From: Candidatus Daviesbacteria bacterium
GTDB taxonomy: Bacteria; Patescibacteriota; Microgenomatia; Daviesbacterales; UBA10151
Assembly (NCBI GenBank): GCA_016187025.1
Contig: JACPKM010000001.1
Location: forward strand, 43,188-107,187
DNA: 64,000 nt
Direction: 5' to 3'
A program made the position numbers and the translations under genes. The notes beneath the pieces were generated by a model. That model did no database searches. It was not told the origin of the DNA and was given only the letters and a program-made list of their open reading frames with translations. Of the stretch, positions 1 through 8,153 are shown in pieces (position 1 is the stretch's first letter; every line of letters starts with the position of its first letter).

Positions 1-451
1 CTCTTCCATCAAACTCAAACAAAGCTACTTGCTGATATTTGCCAAGCTCTAACTTTCCATTCCTCACAGGAACAGTCACACTAGGGTGTGAATAAGTTAA
101 AGCCCTGATATGTGAACCAGCATTATAATCCTCATCAACTTCATTACATAACGGATTATCCTGGCACCTATGTAAATAATCAGCAGTTGGGTGTTCCCAT
201 CCGTTAGAAGCTCTATGGGAGCGTTTATCCTCTGGCACACATAATAAAGTATGTCTTAGGATATCCTGCAATAAATTAGGTTCAGCAATCTCATTCCAAA
301 GTACTCCTAAAGTAGTGTGTTTTGTATTAACTACCACAAATCCATCCTCTACTTTAGCTTTTTTTATAGCCTCGTTTATTTGATCTGTAATGTCTTGGAT
401 ATAGGTATGTTTTATGGAGGGGAATTTTATTTCTTTTAGATAAGCTTTCAC
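1..451 (-). CDS. YjbQ/UPF0047 family protein (partial; runs off window start)
   Basis: Minus-strand translation from a GTG at 451 that overlaps the upstream gene's stop gives ...GFVVVNTKHTTLGVLWNEIAEP...AGSHIRALTYSHPSVTVPVRNGKLELGKYQQVALFEFDG, which matches the YjbQ pattern. It has no stop in the window, which is why it is absent from the ORF track. Confidence 0.55.
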   Translation of the reverse strand, partial: MKAYLKEIKFPSIKHTYIQDITDQINEAIKKAKVEDGFVVVNTKHTTLGVLWNEIAEPNLLQDILRHTLLCVPEDKRSHRASNGWEHPTADYLHRCQDNPLCNEVDEDYNAGSHIRALTYSHPSVTVPVRNGKLELGKYQQVALFEFDGR

Positions 452-1596
452 TAGTTTTTCCTTTCAATTAAAAATTGAGACATATCTATTAGAAACCCCA
501 TTTTATCTTTCTCATTTATTATCTCAGGTATTATCTTTTTGGCAACTCCGCAATATTTTATACACTTTTTAGTGGAAAAATCCAAGCTTCCAGTGTTTAT
601 AAAAATTTGTCTAATTTCTTGTATCTGTTTATCAGTTAAACCTTTTTTCCCATAAAATTTATCTAAATATCTTTTTTGCTCTTTGTTTGCAAAATTTAGG
701 GCATAATAAATAAGCAGGGTTGCCTTACCTTCTTCTATATCTGAGCTGGCTGATTTTCCTATTTTTTCTTCATCTCCAAAGACTCCTAAAATATCATCTT
801 GGATCTGAAAAGCAGTTCCTAAATTTTTCCCAAATTCTTCAATAGCAGCAAGCTTGTCTTCATCTATCCCAGCAAGTATTGCCCCCATCGACAAAGGCCC
901 GATTATGGTGTACCAGGCAGTCTTAAATTGGGAAATTATCATCACATCATCTATCTTTATAACTTTTTTTTTATGAGGAATCTCCACATCTAAAATTTCT
1001 CCTAAACAGGTTTTGAGCATCATTGAATTAAAAACTTTCAGCGCCGAATTTTTCTTTCCTTCATCAAATTCACTCTCGGCGATTAATTTATTGGCCAGGA
1101 AAAAAGCAGCATCTGCAAGGGCTATTGTCTGTGAAATGCCGTAGTGATCCCCTCCTAATCTTTTGTATATAGTAGGCTTGCCTCGTCTTGTTAAACTTTG
1201 ATCAATGATGTCATCATGGGCCAATATTGCTGTTTGGAAAATTTCTGTGGCAACTGAAACCTTAAGAATCTCTGCTTTGTTATCACCGCCAAAAAGCTCA
1301 TATCCTAGTTTAACAAGTGATCCTCTTAATCTTTTTCCTCCTTCAGAGGCCTCTTTAAAGATTTGAATAAATTCCCCCAGATTAGGAGAGATTTTTTCTA
1401 TTTCTTGTAAAGACTGGGTTAAAAAAAGATCGATCTGGTGATCGATTTGCGGAGCAGTTTCTTTTAGATAACTTAGAAACTGGTTCATAGGATAAGTTTT
1501 TGGAGTGTAGCTTAATTTAGAGTCAAAAGCAACTTGTTGCATAAAACTTTTAGTTGATATACTGTTAGTCTTATGTATGATAAAAACCCCACACAA
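451..1596 (-). CDS. polyprenyl diphosphate synthase (trans-isoprenyl diphosphate synthase family)
   Basis: Carries the two Asp-rich motifs LAHDDIIDQS and FQIQDDILG; 381 aa. Confidence 0.8.
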   Translation of the reverse strand: MCGVFIIHKTNSISTKSFMQQVAFDSKLSYTPKTYPMNQFLSYLKETAPQIDHQIDLFLTQSLQEIEKISPNLGEFIQIFKEASEGGKRLRGSLVKLGYELFGGDNKAEILKVSVATEIFQTAILAHDDIIDQSLTRRGKPTIYKRLGGDHYGISQTIALADAAFFLANKLIAESEFDEGKKNSALKVFNSMMLKTCLGEILDVEIPHKKKVIKIDDVMIISQFKTAWYTIIGPLSMGAILAGIDEDKLAAIEEFGKNLGTAFQIQDDILGVFGDEEKIGKSASSDIEEGKATLLIYYALNFANKEQKRYLDKFYGKKGLTDKQIQEIRQIFINTGSLDFSTKKCIKYCGVAKKIIPEIINEKDKMGFLIDMSQFLIERKN

Positions 1597-2140
1597 GTCT
1601 TTTAAATACCGTAGTTTTGAGCTTGCCTATAAAGCATTTGCTAAACCTTTAATGAGATTTATTATCAGAAAAATGAATGGTGATGTTGAAGCTGCAGAGG
1701 AAGTTTTTTCTCAAACATTACTTGCAGCACTAAACGGCTATTCAGCATTTGAGCACAAAAGCAGCTATTTTACCTGGATATGTAAAATAGCCTTAAATAA
1801 AACAGCTGATTATTATAGAGAGCTGATCAATCAAAAATCCAAATTTATCGCCCCCTCACTTGAGTTAATAGCTAAAATCCCCGCTTCTCAGCTTAGTCCG
1901 GAAGAAAAACTGGCTTTGGACCAACTTAGAATATCTATCCATGAATGTTTAACTCTCCTGCCTGAGGAAAAAAGGAAACTTCTGTATTTGAGATATTGGG
2001 AAGATCTAACTTTGCAAAAGATTGCTGAAATTATGGGTACAACCGAAAGAGCAATAGAAGGAAAAATCTATAGAGCCAAAAAAGAGCTAAAAGAAATCAT
2101 TTTAGAAAAACATCCAAATCTGGCTTATTCATTTGTTTAA
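1577..2140 (+). CDS. RNA polymerase sigma-70 family (ECF-type) sigma factor
   Basis: Region-2-like LLAALNGYSAF...YFTWICKIALNK and a region-4 HTH LTLQKIAEIMGTTERAIEGKIYRAKKEL. Confidence 0.6.
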   Translation: MIKTPHKSFKYRSFELAYKAFAKPLMRFIIRKMNGDVEAAEEVFSQTLLAALNGYSAFEHKSSYFTWICKIALNKTADYYRELINQKSKFIAPSLELIAKIPASQLSPEEKLALDQLRISIHECLTLLPEEKRKLLYLRYWEDLTLQKIAEIMGTTERAIEGKIYRAKKELKEIILEKHPNLAYSFV

Positions 2141-2145
2141 CAACC

Positions 2146-2700
2146 TTAATCTGGACACAATTTCCTTGAAACAAAAGCTCTACCATAATCAAAAAATCTC
2201 CACTCTTCCATAAACCAGCTTGTAAATTTCTGATTCTTAATCATTTCATTTATTCTTTCTACGCTAAGAAATTTACTTTCTTCTACTTCCACGGGATCTA
2301 TTTCAACATCGCCACTATAATAGGCTACATAGGTGATAACCAATTCGTTATCTAATATTTTATCTTCACCACTTGCAAATCCACTGTCCTGTCTATGTAA
2401 ATTCCTCACCTTAAAAAACTCGACAGAAATCCCAAGCTCCTCTTTTATTCCCCGTAGAGCTGCTTCATTATACCCTTCACCAGGTTTAACATGCTCTCCT
2501 ACACTGAGATCCCAAAATCCCGGGTATTTCATTTTTTTAGTACTTCTTTTTTGTAAAAGAATCTCGCCTTGTGAATTAACAACAAATATATTTACAGCTT
2601 TATGAAGCGCACCTGTTTTATATAACACTCCCCTAGCTGCTTGACCAGTAATCTTACCATCAAGGCTTAAAATATCTAAAAGTTCTTCTGATTCATTCAT
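2146..2700 (-). CDS. NUDIX hydrolase
   Basis: Nudix box GEHVKPGEGYNEAALRGIKEELGI. Confidence 0.7.
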   Translation of the reverse strand: MNESEELLDILSLDGKITGQAARGVLYKTGALHKAVNIFVVNSQGEILLQKRSTKKMKYPGFWDLSVGEHVKPGEGYNEAALRGIKEELGISVEFFKVRNLHRQDSGFASGEDKILDNELVITYVAYYSGDVEIDPVEVEESKFLSVERINEMIKNQKFTSWFMEEWRFFDYGRAFVSRKLCPD

Positions 2701-3266
2701 TAAGGATTAAAAAAACCGTGTCTTTTCAGCAGGGGTGTCGCTGCAACAGCCCAGGGAGCATATTTTTTAGGATTTGCTTCTATGTCTTTTAAAAACTCAT
2801 ACTTATCCATCCACTTAATCCCATATCCTACTTCAGGATTAAGTTCAAAATCTCCCACTAGTTCGGCAGTTAGAATCTTATCGTGCTCATTTTCACAAAA
2901 CTCTCCGTATTGGGCAAAATAATTGATACCACCGAAATTTCTTAAATCCTTTATATCATCTGGGTCTATATTATACTCGCGTTTCAGCGACCTCAAAGCA
3001 GCTTCCTCATCAGTTTCATTTGAGCCATCTTCTTTATGTAACTGATGGGTAGAGGCAGTCATATCCCATATATAATCAAAAACTAAATGCTTCCTCTTTT
3101 GTAGTAGTAGCTGTCCTTTGTTGTTATATATAAATATTGAGATTGCAAAATGGTGCCTACCCTTACCAGTATGACCTTCTTCTTTAGAGAAAAACTCTCC
3201 TGTCGGAGTACCGTCTTCATTTGCTCCTTGAATTATTTGATGCGGTTGTCCCATTGATACTTTCAT
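2700..3266 (-). CDS. IDI-type-1-like NUDIX protein (isopentenyl-diphosphate isomerase-like; catalytic Cys not evident)
   Basis: HHFAISIFIYNNKGQLLLQKRK...EAALRSLKREYNI with a C-terminal ...KYAPW resembles type 1 IDI. It sits between ispH and a polyprenyl synthase. The NTCC(S)HP Cys motif is replaced by TASTHQ. Confidence 0.45.
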   Translation of the reverse strand: MKVSMGQPHQIIQGANEDGTPTGEFFSKEEGHTGKGRHHFAISIFIYNNKGQLLLQKRKHLVFDYIWDMTASTHQLHKEDGSNETDEEAALRSLKREYNIDPDDIKDLRNFGGINYFAQYGEFCENEHDKILTAELVGDFELNPEVGYGIKWMDKYEFLKDIEANPKKYAPWAVAATPLLKRHGFFNP

Positions 3267-4234
3267 GTATTCCTATAATCCTCCACTCTAGGCGGAATGT
3301 TAAAATTGACTGGCTCTGGTTTACCAAACCTTAAATCTTCTATCTTATAACCCCCTACTGAGAGTTGTCTCATGAATTTATCAGCATGCATAGGATCTGC
3401 AGAGGCACCTGCAGTAACGGCAACCCTACTTGCTCCTTCAAACATTCCTCTTTGCACCTCTTCTGCTGTCTCAACTAAATAGACCTCTGCACCAGCTGCT
3501 TTACCCATCTTAACTAACTCACTAGTATTTGAACTTATTCTAGATCCAAAAGCAATCATTACCTGAGGTTCTCTAGCCAATACTAACCCTAATGCTCCTT
3601 GTCTGTTTTGAGTAGCAAAGCAGACATCACCCAAGTCCGGTATTCTTATATCTGGTATTTTCTCTCTTAGTCTATCTATCCATGCCAATGCTTTTCCTGT
3701 ATTTAGAGTAGTTTGAGTATCTATAAAATACATTTTTCCTGGGACTGGTACAAAATCCTTAACATCCTCCTCTGTACGAATAGGAGTTATATTATCTGGA
3801 GCTTCCCCTATTACCCCTTTAGGTTCCCTATGTTCCAAATCCTTACATATATATAGAACGTCCCAATCTCTACCTTCTGCTACAGCTATCTCTTTAGCTC
3901 TTTTTACTCGTTCATGAACTTTAGCAACAAGCGGGCAAGTACTATCTATTATCTGTGTTTTTTTGTCACGAAGTAGCCGCCTTTCACTTTCTGATAAACC
4001 ATGAGCACTTATCATAACTCTTGCACCTTCTGGAATATATACCGGATCTTCTACAAAAGTCATACCTCTTGCTTCTAAACTATGCACTACTGGAAAGTTA
4101 TTTACTAAATTACCTAAACCTGTAACAGGACCATCGTTAAGTGCCCTTTTTGCATTATCTATAGACCAAGCAACACCTGCGCAGAATCCTAAAGGGTAAG
4201 CTTTATATGCTATTTTTTGCGTCTCTTCGGACAT
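3263..4234 (-). CDS. ispH: 4-hydroxy-3-methylbut-2-enyl diphosphate reductase IspH/LytB
   Basis: GFCAGV, SAHG, DSTCPLV and ATQNRQ motifs; the three conserved Cys are present. Confidence 0.85.
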   Translation of the reverse strand: MSEETQKIAYKAYPLGFCAGVAWSIDNAKRALNDGPVTGLGNLVNNFPVVHSLEARGMTFVEDPVYIPEGARVMISAHGLSESERRLLRDKKTQIIDSTCPLVAKVHERVKRAKEIAVAEGRDWDVLYICKDLEHREPKGVIGEAPDNITPIRTEEDVKDFVPVPGKMYFIDTQTTLNTGKALAWIDRLREKIPDIRIPDLGDVCFATQNRQGALGLVLAREPQVMIAFGSRISSNTSELVKMGKAAGAEVYLVETAEEVQRGMFEGASRVAVTAGASADPMHADKFMRQLSVGGYKIEDLRFGKPEPVNFNIPPRVEDYRNT

Positions 4235-4298
4235 AAGTTGTTAATATACTAAATTATTAGTCTCAAAAACAAGCATAAACCCACAATTTAAAAAGAGG

Positions 4299-5030
4299 TT
4301 ATTTAAGTAAAGAGTCAATTTGGGTTTTCATCTGTTCAAAAGGAACAGCACCGGCAACATCTACAGTTTTACCAGTTTTTGTATCAAGTAAAATATTTCC
4401 TGGCGTGCCATTTACCCCAGCTTTTGATCCAGAGGCAATATCTTTGTCTATATAGGCTTTATATTTTCCGGAATCAAGACAAGACTTAAATTTAGCTTGG
4501 TCAAGGCCAAGTTTTGTTGATGCAATAGTTGCTAAATCTGCAATTTCTGGAGTTACTTCTGGCTCATAAATTGCATCAGCCATCTTCCAGAAAGCCTCTA
4601 TACCACCTAACTCTGTTGCGCATTCTGAAGCTTCGGCATATTTTCTGGCTTTAGGGTGAATCTGTTCCAGAGGAAAATGCCTATAAACCCAGGCCACTTG
4701 GCCTTTATACTCATCAACTATTTGTTTGGCAGTTGGATGAAATCTTTTACAAAAAGGACATTCTAAATCTGAGTATTCAACAAGTAAAATTCTAGCATTT
4801 TTATTGCCTTGAATATGGTCATTATCTCTTAAAGATTCTAGCTCTGTTTTTTCGGGCTGGGCTGGAGCATTATCAGCAGCTTGGTCAGCTACTTGCTTGG
4901 TTCCACCTGCCCCAACAGGTTGTCCAACTTTAATTATCCCACCATGCAGTAAAATTGCAATTGAAATTACAAAAGAACCTAAAAGGATGGCAACAGGAAG
5001 AGTTAGGATGGAGTTTTTATCAGAATCCAT
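4299..5030 (-). CDS. DsbA-family thiol:disulfide oxidoreductase, membrane-anchored
   Basis: N-terminal TM segment; thioredoxin fold with a CPFC active site (SDLECPFCKRFHP). Confidence 0.65.
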   Translation of the reverse strand: MDSDKNSILTLPVAILLGSFVISIAILLHGGIIKVGQPVGAGGTKQVADQAADNAPAQPEKTELESLRDNDHIQGNKNARILLVEYSDLECPFCKRFHPTAKQIVDEYKGQVAWVYRHFPLEQIHPKARKYAEASECATELGGIEAFWKMADAIYEPEVTPEIADLATIASTKLGLDQAKFKSCLDSGKYKAYIDKDIASGSKAGVNGTPGNILLDTKTGKTVDVAGAVPFEQMKTQIDSLLK

Positions 5031-5070
5031 AAAATTAAGTCTAGCTTTTTGACTGTTTAGTTGTCAACCC

Positions 5071-5649
5071 CTAGTTATACTGACACTGAGCTTTTTCTGG
5101 CCCCTTTTCTAATACCAAATCAAGAGCTTCAATTCCTTTTTTAAACATTGCTTTAACTGTCTGGTGTTCTTTCTGTAAAAAGTTTTCCAGAACAAATTTT
5201 TCAGCTTCAAAAGAGATCCTTTTGTGTTCTCCGGCAAAGGCTTTTTCATTTCCTATCCCAAACCTTAAACGTATAAACTTATCAGTCCCCAGCTTTCCGA
5301 TCACTGATTCAACTCCATGATGCCCCCCTGCACCGCCACCAAAGCGCACTTTAATTTTTCCCAGTAGCAAATCCAGATCATCATGGACAACAATAACGTT
5401 TTCAGCCGGGACTTTAAAAAAGTTAGCAAGTGATGAAACAGCTATACCAGAGTTATTCATAAAAGTAAGCGGACGAGCCAAAATCAAGTCCTGATTTAAC
5501 TTGATAATTTCCGATTTAAATTTATTGTCAGTACTCCACTCCCCCAGGTCCTTTTTTTTCTTATATGCATCTAAAAAATCAAATCCTAAATTATGCCTGG
5601 TATAAATATATTTATCCTCAGGATTACCTAAACCAACAACTAGTTTCAT
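5071..5649 (-). CDS. pth: peptidyl-tRNA hydrolase
   Basis: MKLVVGLGNPEDKYIYTRHNLGF...; length and motifs are typical of Pth. Confidence 0.85.
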   Translation of the reverse strand: MKLVVGLGNPEDKYIYTRHNLGFDFLDAYKKKKDLGEWSTDNKFKSEIIKLNQDLILARPLTFMNNSGIAVSSLANFFKVPAENVIVVHDDLDLLLGKIKVRFGGGAGGHHGVESVIGKLGTDKFIRLRFGIGNEKAFAGEHKRISFEAEKFVLENFLQKEHQTVKAMFKKGIEALDLVLEKGPEKAQCQYN

Positions 5650-5653
5650 ATTT

Positions 5654-6937
5654 TTAAAATAATCCTATTTGCGTTGTTTCCTTAGCTTGCTCTTCTTTTT
5701 CTTCTGACCATATCTTTACTACCCCGTACACTCCATCATACCCTGGATCTATCACCAGATCACCTTTTCTTACCTTGTCTATCCCCTCAGCTATCTTTGA
5801 CCCGGAGATTTTTGCCACCTCTGATATATCAACCTTGGTCAAAACCTTTATCTCCCCACCTAAAGCCATTACCAATTTTTTGTATTCATTTAATACCTTT
5901 TGGCTTGTCGGCATAGATCCAAACGCTTCAGCTATAATCTGCAATAGGGGCACTAACATCTTATAACCAGGCCTTTGTAAAGCCTCACTTTTGATCATAC
6001 CCTCTTCGTTTCTTACTTTTAACTCCGAGCTCGATCGTGAAGCGAGCGTCTCCACCCTCTCCATCACCCCGACCGTTAAACCTCGCCCGCATTTTGGACA
6101 GATGGTGCTATTTTGCCTGGTCTGCTCTGGCGAGTACTTAACATTACAGTTTCTATGGCCGGTATAGTGATATTTACCCTCCTCAGGATAAAACTCAATG
6201 GTCCCTACCAGATCTTGCGATTTAACCGCTTCCAGTAATCCTTGGAAACCCTCTTGTAAAGATCTGTTTACCACTGTTGATTCCCTGCCTATGTTAGGCA
6301 AGGAGTGTGCATCTGAACAAGATATTATTGATCTAGTGTCTAACTCCCCTACTCTCCAATTCATCGCCGGGTCAGAAGATAAACCCGTCTCAATGGCATA
6401 TACCTTGTCAGTTAAATCCTCAAAGCAATCTTTCAAACTATCATAACCTGACTCAGAGCCAAACACCCCAAACCAGGGGGTCCAGATATGGGCTGGGACA
6501 AAAAGGGCTTTCGATGACACCTCAAGCGCCATATATAGCAGATCTTTAGAGGGGATCCCCACAATTGGCCTACCATCAGATGCCAAAGTTGCCCTTTTGG
6601 TAAATAGCGCTTGCTGAAAACGGGTTGCGCAGTCTAAATCCGGCATGAACACTAAATTATGCACCCTTCTACCCTTACCCTTATGAGAATAGATTGAGGC
6701 TATCTCAACAGTTAGGACAAATTTAACAGGGGAGTTTTTAAAAGTTAAAAAACCAGAACCATCCTCTGTTAGCTGGCTTTTTAGCTCTGTTAACCAAAGA
6801 GGGTGTAAAAAATCTCCTGTACCCAAAAGGTTTATCCCTTTAAGATTTGCCCATTCTACCAAGTTAGGGATATTTAATTGTTGTGAACAAGCCCGGGAAA
6901 ATCGGGAGTGGATATGCAAATCTGCAACATATGCCAT
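5654..6937 (-). CDS. PHP-domain nuclease, endonuclease Q (EndoQ)-like
   Basis: N-terminal PHP motif ADLHIHSRFSRA and ...PAHIWTPW...; a central Zn-ribbon CPKCGRG; about 427 aa with domain order as in archaeal EndoQ. Confidence 0.5.
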   Translation of the reverse strand: MAYVADLHIHSRFSRACSQQLNIPNLVEWANLKGINLLGTGDFLHPLWLTELKSQLTEDGSGFLTFKNSPVKFVLTVEIASIYSHKGKGRRVHNLVFMPDLDCATRFQQALFTKRATLASDGRPIVGIPSKDLLYMALEVSSKALFVPAHIWTPWFGVFGSESGYDSLKDCFEDLTDKVYAIETGLSSDPAMNWRVGELDTRSIISCSDAHSLPNIGRESTVVNRSLQEGFQGLLEAVKSQDLVGTIEFYPEEGKYHYTGHRNCNVKYSPEQTRQNSTICPKCGRGLTVGVMERVETLASRSSSELKVRNEEGMIKSEALQRPGYKMLVPLLQIIAEAFGSMPTSQKVLNEYKKLVMALGGEIKVLTKVDISEVAKISGSKIAEGIDKVRKGDLVIDPGYDGVYGVVKIWSEEKEEQAKETTQIGLF

Positions 6938-6983
6938 ATTGGGATTTTACCATACATTATCCTTGTTAACTGCATCAACATTT

Positions 6984-7003
6984 TATTAAACGATCGTTTA
7001 ATA
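6984..7003. promoter_or_regulatory. 20-bp perfect palindrome TATTAAACGATCGTTTAATA (putative operator)
   Basis: Perfect inverted repeat in the EndoQ-like upstream region, immediately 3' of the PaaX-like gene. A half-site copy, TTAAACGATCGTT, lies at 7513-7525 upstream of the PaaX-like gene start. Confidence 0.4.
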
Positions 7004-7009
7004 ATCTGA

Positions 7010-7528
7010 TTATTTACCAGTACTGGTTGACTCTATTACCAAAACCCAATCCTCTATTACCAACTCTTTAACCAGTTTTCTTAAAACTATGGTCAAAGGT
7101 TTTTTACTGGCCCAGACACTCTTTTGCCAAGGCTTAAAACCCCAATCTTTTAATCTCCTTCTTAAGGTATTCCTGGCCCTTTTATGAGTTTCTGGAACAT
7201 CAAATATTACCAGCCTCCAGACTCCATCCCACTCTATCTGATCATCCGGCTTATTTTTAAGCAACCAATCCCTCCCCGCCTCTGTTAACTTCAAAATAAT
7301 CTTTTCCTCATCTTTTTGTCTCTCTATAAAACCATGTTCCCGGAGTCTTTTAAGAGCTTGAGCTAAAGCAGATTTGTTAAGTTCAGGAGCACCGTAGTGA
7401 TATCTATAGTAGTGGGCCCTAAAATCATCTATTCTGACTACTCCGTCAACGCTCTTTTCTAAAACCAGTAAAATTGCATCCCTTAACTTTTTCTTAACCA
7501 TTATCAAAACATTAAACGATCGTTGCAA
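7010..7528 (-). CDS. PaaX-family-like transcriptional regulator (wHTH N-terminus plus Cas2-like C-terminal domain)
   Basis: C-terminus WRLVIFDVPE...RRRLKDWGFKPWQKSVW matches the PaaX C-domain pattern. The N-terminal part is wHTH-like. The likely true start is the internal ATG at 7501 (MVKKKL...). Confidence 0.5.
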   Translation of the reverse strand: MQRSFNVLIMVKKKLRDAILLVLEKSVDGVVRIDDFRAHYYRYHYGAPELNKSALAQALKRLREHGFIERQKDEEKIILKLTEAGRDWLLKNKPDDQIEWDGVWRLVIFDVPETHKRARNTLRRRLKDWGFKPWQKSVWASKKPLTIVLRKLVKELVIEDWVLVIESTSTGK

Positions 7529-7541
7529 GTTTTGTCAATAC

Positions 7542-8153
7542 TTAGGGATAGTAAAATCCGATATGTCCATCCTCCCCAATATGAAATCCTAGTCTAACCT
7601 TTGGTTCATACTTGGGATGTTTCTCCAAACCACATAAAGGAGAGAGTAAACCGTCATTTCCCCATAGACTTAAAACAGCCAGCCCTTCTTTAATTTCTTT
7701 GTAAACACCGGACGATGGCTTAGGAATACTACATTCATTACAAAAGCCCAGCATACGATCTACTCTCACTGCTTCTGACCTGCATGGCGTTAATCCCCCG
7801 CTGCATTCGGAATCATAAGAAATATCCCCCTGTGGGGATACTAAAGCAATCCAACCCGGCGGCGTAATATTTTGTATATTTTCAACCTGTCCTGCTCGCC
7901 AGCAATATATTCCACCACTTGTTCTATGAAAGTGTTGGGCTTGGATAAGTGCATGAACTTGGTAAACCAAAGGATTAAAACCTACCTCACAATCTCTACA
8001 CCAACCATCTGTCCTTCTTATAGGCGATATAAAAGTGGGGCTTTCTAATCTTGCTCTTATCGGGGCCCTTGAAAGACTTGAAGATTCTTTAGGATCAAGG
8101 AGGGCTAGCTGTTTAAAAAAAATTGGAGGCTTCTCTTGATCTAACAAATTCAT
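7542..8153 (-). CDS. hypothetical Cys-rich protein, co-transcribed downstream of the DNA ligase
   Basis: 203 aa with several Cys pairs (CRDCE, CNECS, CRSE, CGLE). No family recognised. Overlaps the ligase stop by 4 nt. Confidence 0.3.
   Translation of the reverse strand: MNLLDQEKPPIFFKQLALLDPKESSSLSRAPIRARLESPTFISPIRRTDGWCRDCEVGFNPLVYQVHALIQAQHFHRTSGGIYCWRAGQVENIQNITPPGWIALVSPQGDISYDSECSGGLTPCRSEAVRVDRMLGFCNECSIPKPSSGVYKEIKEGLAVLSLWGNDGLLSPLCGLEKHPKYEPKVRLGFHIGEDGHIGFYYP

Noticed and set aside
2333-2605. Short ORFs on the opposite strand inside well-supported genes (for example 2333-2605, 5775-5966, 6198-6446, 8217-8402, 8676-8945, 9183-9668, 10167-10397, 11599-11859, 13388-13615, 14250-14801, 15047-15289, 15878-16120, 18494-18712, 19599-19883, 27479-27703, 32699-33284, 34084-34320, 35022-35629, 42730-43254, 46469-46699, 51486-52148, 55173-55508, 56796-57008, 59092-59289, 60490-60702, 60855-61115, 61742-61969, 62868-63137)
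   Set aside because: Each is fully embedded antisense in a longer CDS with clear homology. They have low-complexity, protein-unlike translations and no RBS, so they are treated as shadow ORFs.
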